From IMG/VR virus record IMGVR_UViG_2843449061_000008, positions 24,102 through 88,101 of that record: 64,000 nucleotides of DNA; one strand, written 5' to 3'. The DNA is from a virus (lineage: Duplodnaviria > Caudoviricetes). The first letter of the stretch is position 1; the number at the start of each line of letters is the position of its first letter. The notes below the pieces were generated by a model, which saw only the letters and a program-made list of their open reading frames with translations, was not told the DNA's origin and did not search any database. Shown one piece after another: positions 27,436 to 35,705 of this stretch. A program made the translations under genes and the position numbers.

Positions 27436-28173
27436 ATGGAAATAACTCGAATCGAAAAATTTTCGGAATCGCAAGATTTCGGCCGCGAGACTCCAAAATT
27501 CGAACTTGATTATTTTGGTAAAGATCTAATGGACCATAATGGTATAAAGTGGATTTATTTGATATGCCCTCATTGCGGGACGCGTGTTAAATTTTCACCC
27601 ATACATGTTGTCGTGGTTAAGGGGGAAGAGCTTGGCATGCTGACTCGTGATTACCATTATCTTTGCAAATGCGAGTATTGCAACGATGTTGTTTATGCCA
27701 AATTTTGGGAAGTCGACTTTGATCCTGATTGGCATTTCGCGTATGAGATGCATTTCCCGGCGGCTATATTCAATGGAAGCGTTGATCTGCCAGAGCAAGT
27801 CAATGTATCGTTTTCAGAGGCCACGAAGTGTTTAAACGCGGATGCCAGCTTAGCTACTCTTGTTATGTGCCGTCGCACTGTTGAAGCTATAGTAAGAGAC
27901 AAGGGGGGTTCGAGTGGTGGTGGCCTATATTCTGAAATAGATAAGTTAATCAAGGATGGCACCCTCCCTGATTCCATGGGTCGCCTTGCGAATGTTATTA
28001 GGATGGTAGGCAATAAGGGTGCGCATGCATCTGAACTTGCCACGGATAGCAAGCAGGCTAGGGATGCGTATGAACTTACGAAGAAAATGATTGATGTAAT
28101 TTATCTGGTTCCAAGGCAGGTGCATGAAATAAGGAGCAAGCTTGAACAAGAAAAATCCGTTAAAACGGAGTGA
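27436..28173 (+). CDS. DUF4145 (HEPN-like) protein with an N-terminal zinc finger
   Basis: CPHCG...CEYC; ATLVMCRRTVE; IRMVGNKGAH (R-x-x-GN-x-x-AH); low GC. Confidence 0.8.
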   Translation: MEITRIEKFSESQDFGRETPKFELDYFGKDLMDHNGIKWIYLICPHCGTRVKFSPIHVVVVKGEELGMLTRDYHYLCKCEYCNDVVYAKFWEVDFDPDWHFAYEMHFPAAIFNGSVDLPEQVNVSFSEATKCLNADASLATLVMCRRTVEAIVRDKGGSSGGGLYSEIDKLIKDGTLPDSMGRLANVIRMVGNKGAHASELATDSKQARDAYELTKKMIDVIYLVPRQVHEIRSKLEQEKSVKTE

Positions 28174-28225
28174 GGAATAATATAGGATATGCCGACTGAA
28201 TAAAGACGTAAGTAATTAGTTTTTC

Positions 28226-29257
28226 ATGATACGTCAATCAATCCAAAAATGGAGTGCTAGGCAAATGAAAGCAACAACAAGTGAGCTTCGCGTCAAAAAC
28301 CACAACGAGTGGCCCGCTGTCGAATTATTCCCCTGTGAGATTGAGCTTCTACAGAGGTTGGCGCAAAAGAATATGCAGCAAATCTTTATCACGGCTAGGT
28401 TCATGCCTGATGAAAAGGATGAACCATTTAACGCCGCAGTAGGACACATATTGGACTGTCTGGATTCCCTACCAAAACGTCCTGACGCAGCTTTTGATAG
28501 CCTATACAAGGTTATTGATAGCAACCTTGCGGAATTTTCTGAGCCCAATTTGTCCCCCATGCATAGCACTGTAAAAGCCTTTTTTTTGGCTCACCCATCC
28601 GAATGGAGCAAAATTACCGAGATCTTGTCTGCTAATTTGCCTCAGCAAACCGCAGACTACGCGGCATCGCGTATTCTCGATTGCCACGTTGATGGCGGGC
28701 TTCCCCATGCCGATGAAATAAAGAAAAGAGCCAGCAGAAGCCTAGGGAAGCAGCGCTATAAAGATTTCTGTGAAAAATATCTTGTAGAAAACCCGCAGAT
28801 GCAAGGTAGCTACAGCATGCCATACGAAAACAGGAGGAATGCTGGCCGCTTGATGAAGTTACTATTTAGATTAAAGAAATCCGGTGATTGCTCTGGCGAT
28901 GTCAGCAAAATTGAGGCAAGTGACCAGATGGGGGTGCAATACAATAGTCTGGATTTGGGGGAAGACTGCAATAGGCTTTCTTCTGATGAAAAGTTAAAGG
29001 TGATAATGGAGGCTTGTCTTTATACGTACAGAAATGAGCGCTTCCACGGAGATGCATTTTCGCCATTCAGAAGCGGAAAAGCAAAACTTAAGACGTATGC
29101 GCATGCCTATTTTATGTTGAATGCGGCTTACGTTATTGTGCTTGGCATGCTTCATTTGCAAGGGAAAGGGGGTATTTCTATTTCGCATATTGTTGAGATA
29201 ACAATTCGGTCTATGCAGCAATTCGCGGCATTCTTTGAAGATGTTGTTAACGAATAG
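28226..29257 (+). CDS. Putative HEPN-domain protein (343 aa)
   Basis: LYTYRNERFHG fits the HEPN R-x4-H motif; helical character; low GC. Confidence 0.6.
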   Translation: MIRQSIQKWSARQMKATTSELRVKNHNEWPAVELFPCEIELLQRLAQKNMQQIFITARFMPDEKDEPFNAAVGHILDCLDSLPKRPDAAFDSLYKVIDSNLAEFSEPNLSPMHSTVKAFFLAHPSEWSKITEILSANLPQQTADYAASRILDCHVDGGLPHADEIKKRASRSLGKQRYKDFCEKYLVENPQMQGSYSMPYENRRNAGRLMKLLFRLKKSGDCSGDVSKIEASDQMGVQYNSLDLGEDCNRLSSDEKLKVIMEACLYTYRNERFHGDAFSPFRSGKAKLKTYAHAYFMLNAAYVIVLGMLHLQGKGGISISHIVEITIRSMQQFAAFFEDVVNE

Positions 29258-29465
29258 AATGTCGAGGACGGTACTAGACGGCCCGTTTGTAGCTCGGTAA
29301 CTGCGGCGGCGTACTGCTGCTCCAACTCAGCCACATACGTGATGGCTTGCCTAGCCATACCCTCCAAGGCGCCGAGCCCAAGCCGCGCTGCGCGGCCTTC
29401 TGAGGGGGGCTTACGGAGTAGGGCAGGGCGGCTCATCTTGGCCGGACTGCTGGCACCCGAAAAGC

Positions 29466-29500
29466 AGAAGCCCGCCGGGTCTCCCGCGGCGGGCTTTCTT
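29466..29500. terminator. Bidirectional terminator between convergent cargo genes
   Basis: AAGCCCGCCG / CGGCGGGCTT stem with A- and T-rich flanks. Confidence 0.7.
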
Positions 29501-29625
29501 AGGGCGCTGGGTGGCGATCCAGCTGACGGTGATTGGGTTCTGTGGCGTATGGGGCAACCTGGGTTGCCCCCTCTGCCTTGGGCGCGTTGGGCGGGATTCT
29601 GAAGGTTAGTCATAGTGCGAGAAAC

Positions 29626-30114
29626 TTAGGTTTCGGGACTCTTCTTCGATTTGACGAATTTGTATCCTTCTCGGAAGCCATGAAGCTGCCCGCAAAGGAA
29701 ATTAATGGAAGCCCTCAATTGTATTGCGGTATCGTTCGCACTTTTCCTGGCTTCTGAAGTTCCGCTGACGCCAACATCATCTAAAAATTTATTTATATAT
29801 TCATCTATTTTAGGATGCTCAATATTATGAGCTATCTTGTTTCTAAGAGTGTTTAGCTTCTCGGCGCTGTCTAAAAGCGCATCAACATGGCGCACAGGGA
29901 GTAGTGCTCTTACTAGCCGTAATCTTTGCGCAAATCGAAATTGATCAACATCAATAGCGGTGGGGTTTGCTAAAAGATCCACCATAAAACCATTAACTAT
30001 TTCTTCCATCAGGAGATGCCCCTTTAGCACTACTAACGTGACATCGTTTGATGTTGGAAACAGCCTTTCAAATCGCTCATCAAATTCCTCAAAACTTGTT
30101 TTTTCGAATGACAT
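29626..30114 (-). CDS. Putative stand-alone HEPN protein (MtlR-like fold)
   Basis: VLKGHLL.E...F..R..L..AL...LNTLRNKIAH (R-x4-H); AAGGAGG RBS; low GC. Confidence 0.65.
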   Translation of the reverse strand: MSFEKTSFEEFDERFERLFPTSNDVTLVVLKGHLLMEEIVNGFMVDLLANPTAIDVDQFRFAQRLRLVRALLPVRHVDALLDSAEKLNTLRNKIAHNIEHPKIDEYINKFLDDVGVSGTSEARKSANDTAIQLRASINFLCGQLHGFREGYKFVKSKKSPET

Positions 30115-30159
30115 GCAACCTCCTTATCAATGGGTGTACTTATTACACTTAGCGCGCTA

Positions 30160-30262
30160 AGTTTTTTCAGGTGTCGATCGGGCTTCTGCAGATAGCCCCG
30201 CTCGACCAACCAAGCCTTCAACACTCGCTCGACCAGCGACGACACAGACCGGTCATCGTCCT
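30160..30262 (-). pseudogene. Orphan C-terminal half of a ribbon-helix-helix (CopG-like) gene
   Basis: A frame overlapping the repressor stop reads KDDDRSVSSLVERVLKAWLVERGYLQK and has no proper start. Confidence 0.4.
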
Positions 30263-30504
30263 TCGTCGGCTTTCCTCAACCGTACCCCCGCACCCCCGCC
30301 ATTCTCCGGGATGAACTCGACGCCAGCCGCTTCCATGGCCGTGCGGATAGCGATGAGGGTGCGCGGCTGAGGTGCTGTATCCCCTTTCTCAAACCGGACA
30401 AGGGATCGCTTCGCAACCTCTCCGTTGGTTGCTTCGGCAAGCTCATCTTGACTCCAGTTCAAGAGTCCCCTGGCCGCACGGCATTGGGCTGGTGTTATCG
30501 ACAT
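30253..30504 (-). CDS. XRE-family HTH repressor (satellite master regulator)
   Basis: ITPAQCRAARGLLNWSQDELA...FEKG...GVEFIPENGGGAGVRLRK; divergent from the antirepressor-like gene. Confidence 0.88.
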   Translation of the reverse strand: MSITPAQCRAARGLLNWSQDELAEATNGEVAKRSLVRFEKGDTAPQPRTLIAIRTAMEAAGVEFIPENGGGAGVRLRKADEGR

Positions 30505-30566
30505 GGCACTTTTAGTGACATTCATTGTTGACCGATGCCATCACGATATGGCACTTTTAGTGACAT
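30503..30566. promoter_or_regulatory. Twin 19-bp operators ATGGCAC-TTTTA-GTGACAT
   Basis: Identical copies at 30503-30521 and 30548-30566, each a one-mismatch palindrome, between divergent genes. Confidence 0.8.
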
Positions 30567-30575
30567 AGCAAGCGC

Positions 30576-30618
30576 GGCCGAACCGGGTGTTGGGAGCATC
30601 CGGCCCGGCCTGACCACA
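30576..30618 (+). promoter_or_regulatory. Structured leader hairpin ahead of the antirepressor-like gene
   Basis: GGCCG-aa-CCGGGTGTT-ggg-AGCATCCGG-c-CCGGCC nested stem followed by CTGACCAC. Confidence 0.4.
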
Positions 30619-30643
30619 ATCGAGCTGCATGGAGCTACGGATC

Positions 30644-31861
30644 ATGGCTGATTCCGAGAATACCACACCCTTGCCCGGCGCCGGCCGCCGGAAAACGGCT
30701 GGCGCCCTGGTGCCGACCAAGCCCGCCGACCTGCCGCCGCTGACCCCCGACCAACTGAACGACCAAGACGGCGAGCCGCGGGTGCTCGACCTCGCTCTTG
30801 CTGAGCGTCTGGGCTTCTCCGACGTTCACAAGGTCCGCGCCCTGATCGAACGGAACCGCTCCGAGCTGGAGAGCTACGGAGTTATTTCCGCCGCCGTGGC
30901 GGAAAACACCGATCCCAAGGGCCGAGGCCGCCCCGGCAAAGCCTACTACCTGAACGAAGGCCAAGCCCTGGTCATCTGCGCCCTGTCCCGCACCCCGCAA
31001 GCCGCCCTGGTGCGCCGGCAGATCATCGAGGTGTTCTTGGCTTACCGGCGGGGCGTGCTGCCCGTGGCCGAGGAACAGCAACAGACCATCGCCCACCTCG
31101 CCGCGGAGCTGGCCGACCTGCGCCAGCGCGTCGCCCTGATCGGCGCGGCCCCGCATATCCGGGCGATCTTCAAGGGCGGCTACCTGCCGGGGTCCACCGC
31201 TTTGACGGTGCAGGACATCAGCATGGAATGGGACGAGCCGCGCATCTCCGACCAGCGGCTTGCGGTCCAGCTCGGGCTGCCGGACATGCACACCGTGCGC
31301 AAGCTGATCCGTTCGCACCGGAACCTGTTGGCCGGCCTGGGCCGGATCGTGAGCGTCCCGCAGGTGAAGGAGACGGACGGGAAGGGGCGCCCGCTCGGCG
31401 CCTTCTGGCTAACCGAGTTGCAGGCCCTGGCCGTCTGCGGGCTGGTGAGCGGCAATGTCGCGTCGGCGACCCGAACCCGGCTGATCAAGGTGTTCGCCGA
31501 GTTCCGCCGCGGGCAGGAGGAGCTTGCGGCAGCCGGCGGCATTCGCGAGGTGCGGAACAACGCCGAGATGGTGGTGATGCTGGATGAGCGGGTGGCGGCC
31601 CTGGAGGCGAACGCCCGCACCGAGTCCCGCACGGAGGTGCGGCGCCAGCGCCGGCGGGTTGCCGACGAGGCGCTTACAGAGGATGGGGACTTGCTCTACG
31701 GCGGCCCGCGCATCGCGGCCTATCTGGGCGTTCGGCTGAAGTCCGTCGAACACATGATTCGTTCCGACAAGCTGCCTCACTTCCGCATGTCCGGGCGGGT
31801 GTGTTCCCGCAAGACCCTCCTGGGCGCGTGGCTGGACGGTAAGGAGGTGGTCAATGCTTGA
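30644..31861 (+). CDS. Antirepressor-like protein: two tandem Rha/KilA-like domains plus a C-terminal excisionase-type HTH
   Basis: Repeat EPR..D..LA..LG......VR.LI......L...G...GRP...YL.E.QAL..C...R..II.VF...RRG occurs twice; C-terminal LLYGGPRIAAYLGV. Confidence 0.7.
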   Translation: MADSENTTPLPGAGRRKTAGALVPTKPADLPPLTPDQLNDQDGEPRVLDLALAERLGFSDVHKVRALIERNRSELESYGVISAAVAENTDPKGRGRPGKAYYLNEGQALVICALSRTPQAALVRRQIIEVFLAYRRGVLPVAEEQQQTIAHLAAELADLRQRVALIGAAPHIRAIFKGGYLPGSTALTVQDISMEWDEPRISDQRLAVQLGLPDMHTVRKLIRSHRNLLAGLGRIVSVPQVKETDGKGRPLGAFWLTELQALAVCGLVSGNVASATRTRLIKVFAEFRRGQEELAAAGGIREVRNNAEMVVMLDERVAALEANARTESRTEVRRQRRRVADEALTEDGDLLYGGPRIAAYLGVRLKSVEHMIRSDKLPHFRMSGRVCSRKTLLGAWLDGKEVVNA

Positions 31862-32381
31862 GCCATTATCCCGCCGCTCCATCCTGGCCGGCGCGTCCGC
31901 GGTGGCCCTGGGCGGCCCGGCGCCGGCGGATGCTGTGGATCCTTTCGGCGCCGCTATCGCCTCGCTCGAAGGGCATGCGCCCGCCGCTGAGTCCGACCCC
32001 GCCATTGCGGTCTGCGCGCGGTGGGTGAAGGCGTGGCGGGATGTGTCGGAGGCCGCCGACCGGTCAGGGGATCGGATGGGGCAGCTCCGTGCCGCGGGCT
32101 TCACCGATGAGGCGATAAGCGAGGACCCCGAATACAGGGTCTTGGATGCCTCCTTCAGCCGCCTGGAGCGGGAAGAGGACGATCTGCGCAACGAAGTCCC
32201 TACGACCCCTGCCACGACCCTCCATGGCGTCATTGCGAAGCTGAGCGCTTGGCGGATGGAGGAGGAGCACTACGGGACGGGGGGTGATGAGAGGTTCGTG
32301 CACTCCGCTCTCTCCGACCTCCGCCGGCTGGTGCATGGCGAGGCCGGCCCGGCACTGCTGCCTGATCGCCTGGGCGCCTGA
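31854..32381 (+). CDS. Hypothetical protein with a twin-arginine-like N-terminus
   Basis: LSRRSILAGASAVAL; P.TL.GVIAKL motif seen in small phage proteins. Confidence 0.6.
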   Translation: MLEPLSRRSILAGASAVALGGPAPADAVDPFGAAIASLEGHAPAAESDPAIAVCARWVKAWRDVSEAADRSGDRMGQLRAAGFTDEAISEDPEYRVLDASFSRLEREEDDLRNEVPTTPATTLHGVIAKLSAWRMEEEHYGTGGDERFVHSALSDLRRLVHGEAGPALLPDRLGA

Positions 32382-32498
32382 CCGGCCCGGCCGCACTGAC
32401 GGGGTGCGCGATCTGCGCACCCACCCAACCACACCTGAACCGCGGCGACGGCGCTGGGCATCCCCGGCGCCGCGCCCGTTCCAATCTGGAGAACCATC

Positions 32499-33695
32499 AT
32501 GGCTTCTGTGAACAAGCGCCGTTGGTCCCACAACGGCGTCGAAAAAGAGGCGTGGATTGTCCGCTACGTTGATCACTCCGGAAAGCGGAGGGGGAAGACG
32601 TTCGATAAGAAAAAGGACGCCGACGCTTATAAAAGAAAAGTGGAAGCGGACATGGATAACGGGCTGCATGTTCCGGATGGCGATACCGACACGATCAAGG
32701 GCATGGGGGAGAAGCTATTAAGGCATCTTGAGCTTCGTCAGTTGAACGGCGGACTGTCGAGGCAGAGGCTTTACATTTACAGACTCGCTTTTGACCGGGG
32801 TGTTGTGCCGTACATTGGGAACGTCAAGCTTTCAGAATTGAATTTCTCGCACCTTGACGCATGGTGGTTGGAGCTGTCGAAGACGAGTATTTCGGAAAGG
32901 ACGCGCCGCGATTACCTGAAGTGTCTGAAAGTCCTTGAGAGCTTCGCCATAAAGCGCGGAGCGTCGAAAAAGGCCGTCGTTCCCGGCTTCATCAAGGAGC
33001 TTGGCACACTGCCGGAAAAGCCGATCCGGGTGCTGAACTCCGAACAGGTCGGCCGGCTGCTTGAGGTGGTCGAGGAGCGCCCCAAGGGCAAGCAGCGGCG
33101 GACACACGCGATCCTGCGGTGCGCCGTCCATCTCGCCGCTTTCTGCGGCCTTCGGTTCGGGGAGATCATGGGGCTGACCGTGGTCAACCTGGACCTCGAC
33201 GCGCAGGTGATCCAGGTCCGGCACAGCCTGAACGTCTTCGGAGAGCTGAAGGGACCGAAGACCGCGGCCGGCCGGCGCGACGTGCCCATCCCGTCGCACG
33301 TCGCCGAGATGCTTCGTGAATGGCTGCGGACCTCCTTCATCCCGAACGAGCGGGGGTTGGTGTTCCGCACGGACGGTGGCGGTGACATGGCCCTGACCAA
33401 CTTTCACAAGTTCTGCTGGAAGCCTCTGCTGCGCCGGGCCGGGCTTTGGGACGAGGGCGGGGACCAGTACCATTTTCACGCCCTTCGGCACTTCGCGGCG
33501 AGCTTCATGATTCAGAACGGGCTGCCGGTGACCGACGTGGCGTCGATGCTCGGGCACCGCAAGTTCGACACCACCTTGCAGGTCTACGCGCACCCCATCG
33601 TCGGGGGGAGCCGCCGGCTTGAAACCGCCGAGACCATGGCCCGGCTGCTGTTGGTCAGTGACACAAGGGAGACACAAGAGACCCTAACACCTTGA
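32499..33695 (+). CDS. int: Tyrosine recombinase / integrase (satellite)
   Basis: N-terminal arm-binding domain (W.VRY.D.SGKRR.KTF); catalytic GLRFGEI, HALRHFAAS and LGHRKFDTTLQVYAH. Confidence 0.95.
   Translation: MASVNKRRWSHNGVEKEAWIVRYVDHSGKRRGKTFDKKKDADAYKRKVEADMDNGLHVPDGDTDTIKGMGEKLLRHLELRQLNGGLSRQRLYIYRLAFDRGVVPYIGNVKLSELNFSHLDAWWLELSKTSISERTRRDYLKCLKVLESFAIKRGASKKAVVPGFIKELGTLPEKPIRVLNSEQVGRLLEVVEERPKGKQRRTHAILRCAVHLAAFCGLRFGEIMGLTVVNLDLDAQVIQVRHSLNVFGELKGPKTAAGRRDVPIPSHVAEMLREWLRTSFIPNERGLVFRTDGGGDMALTNFHKFCWKPLLRRAGLWDEGGDQYHFHALRHFAASFMIQNGLPVTDVASMLGHRKFDTTLQVYAHPIVGGSRRLETAETMARLLLVSDTRETQETLTP
33657..33678 (+). repeat. Integrase arm-type repeats (right arm)
   Basis: GACACAAG at 33660 and 33671, 11-bp spacing, same orientation as the left arm. 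Confidence 0.7.
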
Positions 33696-33716
33696 TTTGA
33701 AAGGGCGGAAATTACT

Positions 33717-33723
33717 TCGACTG
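33717..33723 (+). other. attR core TCGACTG
   Basis: Identical to 16208-16214; 21 bp after the integrase stop. Confidence 0.85.
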
Positions 33724-33922
33724 CGAGATGATGCAGGAGGCGGCGGCGGAGATCCTGAAGTTCCGCCTACTGCCGCTGCTGCCGCCCGCGCCTGAAGGGG
33801 ATGACGATCAAGCCGACCAGGCGCAGGTGCCGGTCCTCAGCGAGCAAGTTAAGGCGCCGCAAAACTCGTCCGCATCAAGCGCTCCGCAGATTGCTCGAAT
33901 GGGCAGAATTCCCGGCCTTTAA
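33724..33922 (+). pseudogene. terL: Orphaned 3' end of helper terL (65 residues after the DC motif)
   Basis: Reads (C)EMMQEAAAEILKFRLL...IPGL*; joins in frame to 14410-16214 and ends 11 bp before the gpW-like gene. Confidence 0.85.
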
Positions 33923-33933
33923 GGAGTTCAGCG

Positions 33934-34143
33934 ATGGTCTGGACGCAACAGCACATTGACGACCTGAAGGCCGCCATGGCGACCGGCATGACCGAGTTCC
34001 AATACTCGGACGGTTCCCGCGGGGTTTATCGGAGCGTGCCCGACATGCAGCGCCTGCTGGCGCTCATGCAGGCGGAGGTGGATGCGGCGCTCGGCGTGAA
34101 GCCGATCAACCGAGTGGTCTTCACCACGATCAAAGGGACCTGA
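33934..34143 (+). CDS. gpW-like head-tail adaptor (helper)
   Basis: WTQQHIDDLKAAMATG...YRSVPDMQR...TIKG; AAGGAG RBS. Confidence 0.82.
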   Translation: MVWTQQHIDDLKAAMATGMTEFQYSDGSRGVYRSVPDMQRLLALMQAEVDAALGVKPINRVVFTTIKGT

Positions 34144-34148
34144 CGCAT

Positions 34149-35687
34149 ATGGCCGCGCAGCCGAAGCACCCGGTAATCTACGGACCGGACGGCGCGGTCG
34201 CGCGCGTCGTTCAACCAAAGCCGTCCATGGTGGCGTTTGACGCTGCCGGTTCTGGACGTCGCCTGTCGAGCTGGCTTCCGCCCATCGGCATGTCGATGGC
34301 AAGCATTGTCAATGCCGATGCGCAGACATTGCGCGACCGGTCGCGTGATGCTGTGCGCCGCTCGACCTATGCCGCCGCGGCTTGCAATAGCTGGGTGGCG
34401 AACGTGGTCGGCACCGGCATCTCGCCGTCACCGACTATCGAAGACCCAGGGCAGCGGGAAGCATTCCTCGACCTTTTCAACCGATGGGTGGACGTTGCCG
34501 ACGTCGAGGGGCAGTCGGATTTCTATGGGCTTCAAAGCATCATCGCCCGGTCGCTGTTCGAGGCGGGCGAGATATTCATCCGTTTTCGACCGCGCTATCT
34601 TGAAGACGGCCTGCCCGTCCCATTCCAGCTCCAGTTGATCGAGGCCGAGCAGGTGCCGCTCTGGAAGAACGAGGTGCTGGAGAGTGGAAACATTGTCCGC
34701 ATGGGTGTGGAGTTCGACCGCAACATCCCCGACCGTCGCGTAGCCTACTGGACCTATCGCACTCACCCTGGCGACTACTCCGCGGGCGGCGCCGGCACCG
34801 AACTGGTGCGAGTACCCGCGGCGGAGATGCTGCACATCTTCGATCCGCTGCGAAAAGGACAGGTTCGCGGCATTCCGAAGATGTCTGTCGCCCTATTGTC
34901 TCTCTATGAGCTGGACCAGTACCTTGATGCCGCTCTCGTCAAGCAGAAGCTCGGTCAGTACATTACCGGCTTCTTCACCGACAACGGGTCAGGGGACAAC
35001 AACAACCCGCTCGACGCGCAGCGTTCGACCGACCCGAGCACACCCACGCTGGGATTTACTGAGATCCAGCCGGGCACTTTCCAGAGGCTACCGCCGGGTG
35101 TCTCGGTTGCCTTTGCGCAGGCCCCGGAAATCGCTGCGCAGTTCGATTCCTTCTGCAAGACCTACATTCGATCGAACGCGGCGGCGCTCGACGTAATGTA
35201 TGAGGCGATGTCGAACGATTACAGCGATGCCAGCTATTCCAGCATCCGCGCCGGATCGCTGGAAATCCAACGCCGTCTCCAACCGGTCCAGCATAATGTT
35301 CTTGTCTTTCAGTGCTGTAGGCCCGTCTGGAACCGGCTTATCCGCGATGCGGTGATCTATGGCATCGCGCCGGTTAAGGCGGCGGATTACCTGAAGGCGC
35401 CCCACCGCTGGCAGAAGGGCCGGTGGATTCCTCAGCCCTGGCCATGGGTCGATCCGCTTAAGGACCGGCTGGCCGAGCAGCTTGCCGTTCGCATGATGTC
35501 CAAGCCGCTCTCGTCGGTGATCGAGCAAGAGGGTTATTCCGCTCACGAGTCCCTGCGCCAATCCAAAGCCGATTTCGATCTGCTGGACGAGCTTGGACTT
35601 GTGTCCGATGCCGACCCCCGGACGAGAACAAAGTCCGGTGTTGCGCAGAAAGCTGAAGACGCCGCTCTTCGCGACGCAGGCAAGTAA
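34149..35687 (+). CDS. Portal protein, lambda family (helper)
   Basis: TLRDRSRD.VR, NVVGTGI, GVEFD, QVRGIP, DYSDASYSSIR and W.PQPWPWVDPLKD. Confidence 0.93.
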   Translation: MAAQPKHPVIYGPDGAVARVVQPKPSMVAFDAAGSGRRLSSWLPPIGMSMASIVNADAQTLRDRSRDAVRRSTYAAAACNSWVANVVGTGISPSPTIEDPGQREAFLDLFNRWVDVADVEGQSDFYGLQSIIARSLFEAGEIFIRFRPRYLEDGLPVPFQLQLIEAEQVPLWKNEVLESGNIVRMGVEFDRNIPDRRVAYWTYRTHPGDYSAGGAGTELVRVPAAEMLHIFDPLRKGQVRGIPKMSVALLSLYELDQYLDAALVKQKLGQYITGFFTDNGSGDNNNPLDAQRSTDPSTPTLGFTEIQPGTFQRLPPGVSVAFAQAPEIAAQFDSFCKTYIRSNAAALDVMYEAMSNDYSDASYSSIRAGSLEIQRRLQPVQHNVLVFQCCRPVWNRLIRDAVIYGIAPVKAADYLKAPHRWQKGRWIPQPWPWVDPLKDRLAEQLAVRMMSKPLSSVIEQEGYSAHESLRQSKADFDLLDELGLVSDADPRTRTKSGVAQKAEDAALRDAGK

Positions 35688-35705
35688 AGCATTCCCCGTC
35701 AATCA

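Larger units (their letters stand above)
16208..33723 (+). mobile_element. Integrated capsid-forming phage satellite (about 17.5 kb) nested in helper terL
   Basis: Duplicated TCGACTG core at both ends; tyrosine integrase ends 21 bp before the right core; arm-type repeats near both ends; own rep/ori, packaging and capsid genes; no tail genes. Confidence 0.88.

Noticed and set aside
29152-29613. Minus-strand 153-aa ORF as a real gene or IS remnant
   Set aside because: It overlaps the HEPN-like gene and spans a terminator. No transposase motif or terminal inverted repeats were seen.
16208-33723. Simple tandem duplication or a second complete prophage
   Set aside because: The two head modules are highly divergent with different capsid families, and the inner element lacks tail and lysis genes and has att-like ends.
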